A stretch of DNA of 64,000 nucleotides from Acidimicrobiales bacterium (GTDB lineage: Bacteria > Actinomycetota > Acidimicrobiia > Acidimicrobiales > Aldehydirespiratoraceae). Where the stretch lies: the NCBI GenBank assembly GCA_029246685.1, contig JAQWMR010000001.1, positions 31,246 through 95,245 on the forward strand. The letters are read 5' to 3'. Positions 56,873 to 64,000 of the stretch are shown in pieces. Positions within the stretch are counted from its first letter, which is position 1; each line of letters begins with the position of its first letter. A program made the position numbers and the translations under genes. The notes beneath the pieces are model-generated. The model did not search any database, was not told the DNA's origin, and worked only from the letters and a program-made list of their open reading frames with translations.

Positions 56873-58422
56873 GTGGCAACTCTCGAACCGGGCACCCGCC
56901 TCGACGGGCGCTACCTCCTGATCGAGGCGCGCGCCTCTGGCGCAACGGCCACGGTGTGGGCGGCCGACGACGAGTTTCTACGCCGCCGCGTTGCGGTCAA
57001 AGTGCTCCACACCCACCTCCTGGAGGACGCCGACCTCCTGAGCCGCTTCCGCGACGAAGCCCGCACCGCGGCGACCGTCAGCCAACCAACCTCGTGGCCG
57101 TCTACAACTCGACCCAGGAGCACCCCGGCATCGTTCTCGAGTGGATCGACGGCCCGGATCTACGCGAGCGCCTCGACGCCGACACGCTCTCCCCCACCGA
57201 GATCACCGGCGTCGGTGTCGATCTCTGTGCCGGGCTCCAGGAGCTACATGACCACGGGCTCATCCATCGCGACGTGAAGCCGGCCAACATCTTGTTGACC
57301 TCGAGCGGCGAAATGAAGCTCACGGATTTCGGGATCGCGACAGCCAACGCCGGCGACCGCACCGCCACCGGGGTGGTACTCGGCACAGCGAAATACCTCG
57401 CCCCTGAGCAGGTCCAGGGGCTCGATCTCTATGGCCGCGCCGATGTGTTCGCCCTGGCCGCAGTGCTCTACGAGGCGTTGGCCGGACGGGCGCCGTGGAT
57501 TCGCGACGGCGACCTCCCCACCGCTATCGCCCGCCTGGAGGAAGATCCGGCTGATCTCGCTCGGGTCCGCCCCGACGTGCCCGGCGAGCTGGCCGGTGCC
57601 GTGATGCGGGGCCTCGCCCGCGATCGCGACGACCGCTGGCCCAGCGCCGCCGCATTCGCCTCCGGCCTCCTGGGTGGCTCGCGCCTACCGCCTCCACCAC
57701 CACCCGCGACGGTGGCGACCGGCCAACACGAGTCGATCCACTCCGAGACGCCGGTCGACGACGAGCCGGTCACGAGCGATTCGACCGCGACCGTCCCACT
57801 CTCGGTCCCCGAGACCTCCGCGCAGGATGCGCGGTCCACCTCGAGCCCTCGGCCTCGGGCTCGGCGCCGACGCTGGCCTCGCCTCATGGGGTTCACGCTG
57901 ATGGTGCTCATCGCGTTGCTCGGATGGACCTTGATCGCCGGCGACGGCAACGACGCGCTGCCACCAACCGCGTCCGGTGCGGTCCAGATCCTGTCGGCCA
58001 CTGCCTTCGACCCGGAAGGCACGGGTCCGCCCGGCGAACACGACGACCGAGCCGCCGACGCGATCGACGGCGACACCTCCACGAGTTGGCCCACCGAGAG
58101 TTACGAGTCACGCCAGTTCGGCACGAAGTCCGGCGTGGGTCTCGTGCTGTGGCTCGCAGAGACCACCGTCGTCGAGGAGGTCGAGATCCGGACCCTCGCA
58201 TCACAGGACTGGGCGGAGGAGATTCGAGTGGCGGACGGTGTCGGCACGGATGCGGCGACGATCGCCGCTTTCGGACCCGCTGACGCCACGGCGACCGGTC
58301 TGAACACGATCGATCGCATTTCTGTCGGAGCGGCGGGAGACGCGGTCGTCATCTGGATCACGGATCTCGGATCCGGGCCGATGCCGATCCGCCTGAACGT
58401 CGCCGAGGTCACAATCCGGTGA
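56873..58422 (+). pseudogene. Ser/Thr protein kinase with TM and an extracellular beta-sandwich domain, split by a -1 frameshift near 57084-57092
   Basis: The first frame gives 'YLLIEARASGATATVWAA...VAVKVL...FRDEARTAATVSQP'. The second frame continues 'TNLVAVYNS...HRDVKPANIL...DFGIA...GTAKYLAPE', then the TM 'FTLMVLIALLGWTLIA', then 'AIDGDTSTSWPTE...'. Restoring one A in CCAACC would give ...SQPNLVAVY. Confidence 0.6.
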
Positions 58423-58456
58423 CGGACGGCTCGGCTAGGGTCCGCGGATCGCTGCG

Positions 58457-59029
58457 ATGGATGAATCGACGCTGATCAGCGCCGCCCAGCGGGGGGACCA
58501 ACGGGCTTGCGACCGCCTGCTGCGGATACATCAGGACCGCATCTACGCGGTCTGTCGTCGACTCCTCGGCAATGAGGCCGACGCCCTCGACGCTTCCCAG
58601 GAGGCCCTCATCGCGATCGTCAAGGGCCTCCCGCGCTTCGATGGGCGGGCCAAGTTCTCCACCTGGGCGTACCGCGTCGCCACCAACGCCTGTCTCGACG
58701 AACTCCGCCGGCGCGGCCGCCGGCCCGACCCTGGCCTGCCGGAGTACGAGACCAGCGGCCTCGCGCCCGTCGGCGGATATGCGCCGCGCGACCCGGCGGA
58801 AACCGTGTCCGCCGCCATCGACGTGGACCGCGGGCTCGCCCAGATTCCTGACGAGTTCCGAGCGGCCGTGGTGCTCCGCGATGTCGCCGGCCTCGACTAC
58901 GCCGACATCGCGGAAGTTCTCGACATCGCGCCCGGCACCGTCCGATCCCGGATCGCCCGCGGCCGCGCCCGCCTCGCCGATGCAATTGACGGGAACCAGA
59001 ACCCCCCTATCCAACGTCACACTCCGTAG
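58457..59029 (+). CDS. ECF RNA polymerase sigma factor (SigM-position)
   Basis: Region 2 'DASQEALIAIVKGLPRFDGRAKFSTWAYRVATNACLDELRRR' and region 4 'DYADIAEVLDIAPGTVRSRIARGRARL'. Confidence 0.85.
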   Translation: MDESTLISAAQRGDQRACDRLLRIHQDRIYAVCRRLLGNEADALDASQEALIAIVKGLPRFDGRAKFSTWAYRVATNACLDELRRRGRRPDPGLPEYETSGLAPVGGYAPRDPAETVSAAIDVDRGLAQIPDEFRAAVVLRDVAGLDYADIAEVLDIAPGTVRSRIARGRARLADAIDGNQNPPIQRHTP

Positions 59030-59045
59030 TGCCCCGAATACGCCC

Positions 59046-60044
59046 ATGACCGACTTCTCTCCTTCCGACGACGAGCTCCTCTCGTCCTTTATCGACGGTG
59101 ATCTCACCGACGAGGAAGCAACGCGTCTGCAGGCCCGGCTCACCGCCGAACCAGAGCTGCGGCAGCGCCTCGATGCGCTACGCGGCGCGTCCACGATCGC
59201 CGGCTCGCCGGTCACGCCGCTTTCGAGTGAGCAGTCGGATTCAATGATCGCCGCCGCCCTGGCGGTCAGCGGTACGGCGGAGAACGTCACCGACCTGGGT
59301 TCCGCACGAGCGGCGCGATCGCGGTGGCTTCCCCGCGCGGCGGTGGTCGCGGCCGGCGTCGTCCTGCTCGCCGTCGCCGTGCCCGTTCTGGGCAATCTCG
59401 ACGATAGTGACAGCGACAGTGCGGGCGAGTCGGACGTCGCTCTCGACAGCACAGACGACAGCACAGACAGTCCAGACCAGGACGAAATGGCTGACCCGAC
59501 GATGGCCGACAGCGGCGTCGACTCCGATACGGATGGGGACGACGTCGATTCGATGGACATGAGCAACGATGAGCCGGTGGACGGCGCAGCGGAGAGCGAT
59601 CCCGATCCGGCCGACGACCTCGCAGCCACGATGGACGACGAGCGGGCGTCGTCGTTCTCCGAGGTGTTCGGAAACGACGCTCTCCAGGAGAGTCTCGGCG
59701 ACTTCAGCTCTGAGGGTGCGCTCGCTGACGAGGTCCGACTGAACTATCAGGCGTACCGCGCGGATCTCGGCGGCCTTGCTCCGCTGGAGACCAACGACCC
59801 GACGGTCTCCGATGTTCGGGCTCTTCAGGCCCAGGTCGGATTGGCGAACTGCACCCAGGACCTGGACGACTTCGAAGCGGAGAACGACGTCGTCGTAGCC
59901 GTCGACTACTCGGTCGCCGAGATCGGCCCGGACACGGTCGCGATCGTGCTCTACAGCCTCGAAGGGGGCAATGGGGTCGGCTACATCCTCGACCCGGCAA
60001 CCTGCGAAGAGATCGACAAGGTGGAGATCGACGTCGCCGGATAG
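59046..60044 (+). CDS. Putative anti-sigma factor (single TM, acidic extracytoplasmic domain)
   Basis: ATG at 59046. 'LSSFIDGDLTDEEATRLQARL' is an anti-sigma N-helix pattern. TM 'AAVVAAGVVLLAVAVPVLG'. A D/S-rich tract follows. Confidence 0.55.
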   Translation: MTDFSPSDDELLSSFIDGDLTDEEATRLQARLTAEPELRQRLDALRGASTIAGSPVTPLSSEQSDSMIAAALAVSGTAENVTDLGSARAARSRWLPRAAVVAAGVVLLAVAVPVLGNLDDSDSDSAGESDVALDSTDDSTDSPDQDEMADPTMADSGVDSDTDGDDVDSMDMSNDEPVDGAAESDPDPADDLAATMDDERASSFSEVFGNDALQESLGDFSSEGALADEVRLNYQAYRADLGGLAPLETNDPTVSDVRALQAQVGLANCTQDLDDFEAENDVVVAVDYSVAEIGPDTVAIVLYSLEGGNGVGYILDPATCEEIDKVEIDVAG

Positions 60045-60055
60045 GATCCGACGCC

Positions 60056-60487
60056 ATGGGCGAGGAGACCGCGACCGACGAGGCCGCATCGGCAGCTGAC
60101 ACGAGTGCCGGACAGTCAGACATGGTGAGCGATCTTGTCGATCGAGTGCTCGACACGATCGACCGAGTCCGCGTGGCCGGCACAGAGAATGCTGTCCGTG
60201 CCGTTCGGGCCGTGGTCTTCGGCATGGTCGGGTTGATCTTTGCCATCGCGTCAGTGATCTTCTTCGTGGTCGTCCTTGTCCGTCTTGCCGACGCATACTT
60301 TCCGATCGGCGCCGGCGTCGGCGACGCGACGTGGGCCGCCCATCTTTTCATCGGCGGACTGCTCGCCATCCTCGGCTTCGGCCTCTGGGCGAGCCGGCGC
60401 AACGAAGGCATGGCCCGCATCTGGGCAGCGCTCACAATCGACGTCGGCATCATCGTCGGCGTGGTCGTCTACGCCATCGTCGGCTGA
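60056..60487 (+). CDS. Hypothetical integral membrane protein
   Basis: 143 aa with three hydrophobic spans. Confidence 0.5.
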   Translation: MGEETATDEAASAADTSAGQSDMVSDLVDRVLDTIDRVRVAGTENAVRAVRAVVFGMVGLIFAIASVIFFVVVLVRLADAYFPIGAGVGDATWAAHLFIGGLLAILGFGLWASRRNEGMARIWAALTIDVGIIVGVVVYAIVG

Positions 60488-60565
60488 TCCCCGGGAATCC
60501 GGCGGCCGCTCCCGTGGTTGACGCAGCCAGACAATCGCAATCATCTCCACTGATCAGGAAGTTTC

Positions 60566-61525
60566 GTGACCGACATTCGTGACGTCATCATCATCGGCTC
60601 CGGGCCCGCAGGTCTCACTGCCGCGATCTACACCGCTCGCGCCAACCTCGCCCCGCTTGTACTCGAGGGCGAGCCCAGCAGCACCAGTGACCAGCCGGGG
60701 GGTCAGCTGATGCTGACCACTGACGTCGAGAACTACCCGGGCTTTCCCGAGGGCGTGATGGGCCCCGAGCTCATGGTGAACTTCCGGGCGCAGGCGGCGC
60801 GGTTCGGCGCAGAGATCGAGACGGTGAAGGCCTCCCGCGTCGACCTCTCCGAGCGGCCTTTCAAGATCTGGGTGGACGACCCCGACGCGTCCGAGCCCAC
60901 GTATCTCGCCAATTCCGTGATCGTGTCGACCGGCGCCGAGTCGCTCATGCTCGGCCTGCCCAACGAGACCGAGCTGATCGGCCATGGTCTTTCCACCTGC
61001 GCGACTTGTGACGGGTTCTTCTTCCGCGACCAGGAGATCGCCGTCGTCGGCGGCGGCGACTCCGCCGTGGAGGAGGCCAGCTTCCTCAGCCGTTTCGGCA
61101 GCAAAGTGACGATCATTCATCGCCGCGACGAGCTCCGAGCGTCGAAGATCATGCAGCAGCGGGCGTTCGACAACCCGAAGATCGAGATGATGTGGAACAC
61201 CGTCGTCGAGGAGTACCTGGGCGACACCCAGCTCACCGGCCTTCGGCTGAGAAGCACCACAACAGGCGAAGTGAACGATGTTCAATTCGGTGGCGTGTTC
61301 GTCGCGATCGGCCACAAGCCCAACACCGCGCTCTTCGAGGGCCAGTTGGAGCTGAAGGACAACGGCTATCTCGTCACCCGGCCCGACTCGGCCTACACCA
61401 ACGTCGAGGGCGTCTTCGCCTGCGGCGACGTGCAGGACGACATCTACCGACAGGCCATCACCGCGGCCGGCTCCGGCTGCATGGCCGCGATCGACGCTGA
61501 GCGCTGGCTCGAAGAGCAGGACTAA
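60566..61525 (+). CDS. trxB: Thioredoxin-disulfide reductase
   Basis: 'VIIIGSGPAGLTAAIY', redox centre 'CATCDGFFF', 'VVGGGDSAVEEA', 'GVFACGDV'. Confidence 0.9.
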   Translation: MTDIRDVIIIGSGPAGLTAAIYTARANLAPLVLEGEPSSTSDQPGGQLMLTTDVENYPGFPEGVMGPELMVNFRAQAARFGAEIETVKASRVDLSERPFKIWVDDPDASEPTYLANSVIVSTGAESLMLGLPNETELIGHGLSTCATCDGFFFRDQEIAVVGGGDSAVEEASFLSRFGSKVTIIHRRDELRASKIMQQRAFDNPKIEMMWNTVVEEYLGDTQLTGLRLRSTTTGEVNDVQFGGVFVAIGHKPNTALFEGQLELKDNGYLVTRPDSAYTNVEGVFACGDVQDDIYRQAITAAGSGCMAAIDAERWLEEQD

Positions 61526-61615
61526 CCACGACGCTCAGCGAGTACGGTGCCGGGAATACCTCGGTCCGCCTCGGCGTTCCACATACTCGAACGGTTCTCA
61601 GGAAAGGAACGACCC

Positions 61616-61942
61616 ATGGCTGGATCAGTAGGCACACTCTCAGACGCCACCTTCGATGAGGAGATCGGCGGGTCCACCACGCCGGTGCTCGTCGACTTCT
61701 GGGCGGAATGGTGCGGCCCGTGCAAGATGATCGCCCCGATTCTCGAGGAGATCGCTGATGAGAAGGGCGAGGCGATCAAGATCGCCAAGCTCAACGTCGA
61801 CGAGGCTCCCGACATTGCTCGCCGATTCGAGGTGATGAGCATCCCCACGATGATCTTGTTCAAGGACGGCGAAGAGGCCAAGCGCATCATCGGCGCCAAG
61901 CCGAAGCAGGCTCTCGTCGACGACATCGCCGAGTTCCTCTAG
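61616..61942 (+). CDS. trxA: Thioredoxin
   Basis: ATG at 61616 follows AAAGGA. 'VLVDFWAEWCGPCKMIAP'. Confidence 0.9.
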   Translation: MAGSVGTLSDATFDEEIGGSTTPVLVDFWAEWCGPCKMIAPILEEIADEKGEAIKIAKLNVDEAPDIARRFEVMSIPTMILFKDGEEAKRIIGAKPKQALVDDIAEFL

Positions 61943-62053
61943 CGAGCGTTCCAACCAGATGAGGAGTGACAGCGGAGCCGCAACTCCACGCAACGCGCAG
62001 CGTTGCCGGGCGGTCGTTTCGCGTCCGTACTCCTCCAGTAGCCTGCAGCCATC

Positions 62054-63067
62054 ATGTCGTCGTTGGATGCACCGGGACTGCCGCTACGGCAGGGCGACCA
62101 CGGCCCCGCTGTGCGCGACCTCCATCAGCGCCTCGGCTCTGCTGGGTTCCGAGACGTAGGCGAGCTCGACTCGTTCGACGACCACACCGAGAAGGCGCTG
62201 AGAGAGTTCCAGGCATCGCGCAAGCTCGTCGAGGACGGCATCTGCGCTCGCCAGACATGGACTGCCCTCGTCGATGCTGACCATCGGCTCGGCGATCGGA
62301 TGATCTACCTCCGCTCGCCCATGACCCGCGGCGACGATGTCACTGATCTTCAGCACCAGCTGGGCAGCCTGGGCTTCGATGCCGGTTGGCTCGACGGGAT
62401 ATTCGGCCCCGATACCGAACGGGCCCTACGCGACTTTCAGCACAACCAGGGCCTGACTGCAGACGGTGTCGTCGGCCGGGAGACGGTGGCTGCGCTGCAG
62501 CGTCTCGCCGGACGGCCTGCGGGCCGCAGCGCCGGTGAACGTACCGTCGCCGAGGTACGCGACCTCGAGCAACTGCGAAACCACACGGGTGTTTTCGGTC
62601 AGCGCATCATCATCGGCGAGTCAGGCGGCATGCCGGCGATTGCTGATGCACTCGCCCGACGCCTGCGTCTCGATGGCGCGGACGTATTAACACTGCACCA
62701 GCCAGACCTCTCCGATCAGGCCCGGGCGGCGAACGGCTGGGATGGCAGCGTCTATGTCGGACTGACGTTGGCCGACAGTGGCCATCAAGTCTCCTACTTC
62801 GAGATCGATGGCTTCACCTCACACGGCGGACGGGCGCTCGCCCATCACTGCGGGGCGGCGCTGACTGCAGTCCTCGGCACAGAGATCACCTCGCAAGGCA
62901 TGCGCCTGCCGATCCTTCGCGAAACCAGGATGCCCGCGGTGTGGTGTCGCATGGGCCCACCGACGAGCGTCGTCGAACAGGCCGCAGCTGTAACCGACGC
63001 TCTGCGTGAGGCGATCGCCACATGGTGTGTGGATTCAGGTGACAGTCCCGCGTCATCCACAGGTTGA
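62054..63067 (+). CDS. cwlM: CwlM-like protein: two PG-binding repeats plus a degenerate amidase_3 domain
   Basis: 'GDHGPAVRDLHQRL...' and 'GDDVTDLQHQLGSLGF...DGIFGPDTERALRDFQ...GLTADGVVG' are PG_binding_1 repeats. The C-terminal domain has 'IIIGESGGMP' where amidase_3 proteins have 'DPGHGG'. Confidence 0.7.
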   Translation: MSSLDAPGLPLRQGDHGPAVRDLHQRLGSAGFRDVGELDSFDDHTEKALREFQASRKLVEDGICARQTWTALVDADHRLGDRMIYLRSPMTRGDDVTDLQHQLGSLGFDAGWLDGIFGPDTERALRDFQHNQGLTADGVVGRETVAALQRLAGRPAGRSAGERTVAEVRDLEQLRNHTGVFGQRIIIGESGGMPAIADALARRLRLDGADVLTLHQPDLSDQARAANGWDGSVYVGLTLADSGHQVSYFEIDGFTSHGGRALAHHCGAALTAVLGTEITSQGMRLPILRETRMPAVWCRMGPPTSVVEQAAAVTDALREAIATWCVDSGDSPASSTG

Positions 63068-63108
63068 TCCCCAGTATCCCCAACTTGTGCTAGGTGTACT
63101 GGCAGAAC

Positions 63109-64000
63109 TTACACAACTGTGCCGGGTGGTGTGATCACTCGATAGATCCGCTCGAGATCATCGAGATCCGCAAAGTCGACCACGAGCTTGCCAGGTCCCT
63201 TGCCGATCCGCACCGCCACTCTCGTGGAGAGACGGGCCGCAAGGAGCTCCTCGAGTTCCAGCACCCCCGGCTCCCCCACCGGCGCGGATGTCGAGCGACG
63301 AGCGGGGCTCCCGTCGTTGTCCTCGGCCTCGTCCATCGCGTCGTCGTCAGGGCTGTCCCCCTTCAGCAGGTCTTCGACCTGGCGAACGGTCAGACCCTCG
63401 GAGACGACCTGCTTCGCGAGCCGCTCCTGCTCGCCCCGATCGGGCGTGGCGAGGAGTGCTCGAGCGTGGCCGGCGGTGAGTTGGTCCTCGATGAGCAACC
63501 GCTGGACGGTCGGTGGCAGTTGGAGGAGCCGGATCGTGTTGGCCACCGCGGAGCGAGACCGCCCGACACGGGTTGCGATGTCGTCCTGGGTGAGTTCGAA
63601 GTCTTCGATCAACTGCTGATACGCCGCGGCCTCCTCGAGCGCGTTGAGATCCTGTCGGTGCAGGTTCTCCACCACTGCGGTCTCGAGGCTGGACAGATCG
63701 TCCGCGCCCCGGACAAGCGCAGGGATCGCCGGCAGCTTGGCCCGTTTGGCCGCGCGCCAGCGCCGCTCCCCCGCTATCAATTCGTATCCGCCGTCGTCGC
63801 TCTCGCGAACAACGATTGGTTGAATCACTCCCACCTCGGCGACTGACGCCGTCAACGCGGTGAGGGTCTCCTCGTCGAAGTGTTCACGGGGTTGATACCG
63901 ATTCGGAACGACATCGTCGACGTCGATCTCGCGATAGACCGCTCCGTCGGTTGTCACGTCGGCTGGGATGAGCGAGCTCAGCCCTTTTCCAAGACCACTA
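63109..64000 (-). CDS. parB: Chromosome-partitioning protein ParB (5' end beyond the window)
   Basis: 'PNRYQPR', 'IQPIVVRE', 'LIAGERRWRAAK'. The frame stays open past the track's GTG (63957) to the window edge and encodes '...GLGKGLSSLIPAD', the usual ParB N-terminal motif. Confidence 0.9.
   Translation of the reverse strand, partial: SGLGKGLSSLIPADVTTDGAVYREIDVDDVVPNRYQPREHFDEETLTALTASVAEVGVIQPIVVRESDDGGYELIAGERRWRAAKRAKLPAIPALVRGADDLSSLETAVVENLHRQDLNALEEAAAYQQLIEDFELTQDDIATRVGRSRSAVANTIRLLQLPPTVQRLLIEDQLTAGHARALLATPDRGEQERLAKQVVSEGLTVRQVEDLLKGDSPDDDAMDEAEDNDGSPARRSTSAPVGEPGVLELEELLAARLSTRVAVRIGKGPGKLVVDFADLDDLERIYRVITPPGTVV

Noticed and set aside
63880-63900. parS-like sequence (AGTGTTCACGGGGTTG) inside parB, and DnaA-box-like TCATCCACA at 63053-63061.
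   Set aside because: Each has several mismatches to the parS (TGTTTCACGTGAAACA) or DnaA-box consensus and occurs singly. This is not distinguishable from chance.

Overview
High-GC, densely coding chromosomal window of Actinomycetota type: mycothiol- and F420-type enzymes, the dnaB-rplI-rpsR-ssb-rpsF block, and a cca ... ECF sigma/anti-sigma-trxB-trxA-cwlM-parB origin-proximal block. I call about 70 protein genes. I found no rRNA, tRNA, CRISPR array, transposase or integrase. Positions 1-35.7 kb hold mostly small catabolic and redox operons: amidohydrolases, crotonases, SDRs, a P450, an acyl-CoA dehydrogenase and ligase, an arylsulfatase, an LLM oxidoreductase, and a PhyH/Fe-ADH/GS-like operon. 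Many of these genes are linked by ATGA/GTGA start-stop overlaps. Positions 35.7-64 kb hold housekeeping genes mixed with lineage-specific genes. Observations worth a second look: (1) a cholesterol-dependent-cytolysin-like lipoprotein lacking a recognisable domain 4, divergent from two further secreted lipoproteins (MBL-fold and EEP-fold); (2) a dispersed repeat with an identical 21-bp core in four copies, each between convergent stop codons; (3) a pair of ~135-bp conserved intergenic elements flanking a 72-aa membrane-protein gene; (4) gene-decay scars, namely a GNAT with an internal deletion, a sensor-kinase 5' end fused out of frame to a LuxR HTH 3' end, and a frameshifted Ser/Thr kinase; (5) an S18 with a ~75-aa acidic tail; (6) an M1-like protein with HQxxH in place of HExxH; (7) several promoter, operator and DnaA-box-like sites. 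All product calls rest on motif recognition from the translations only. No searches were run.
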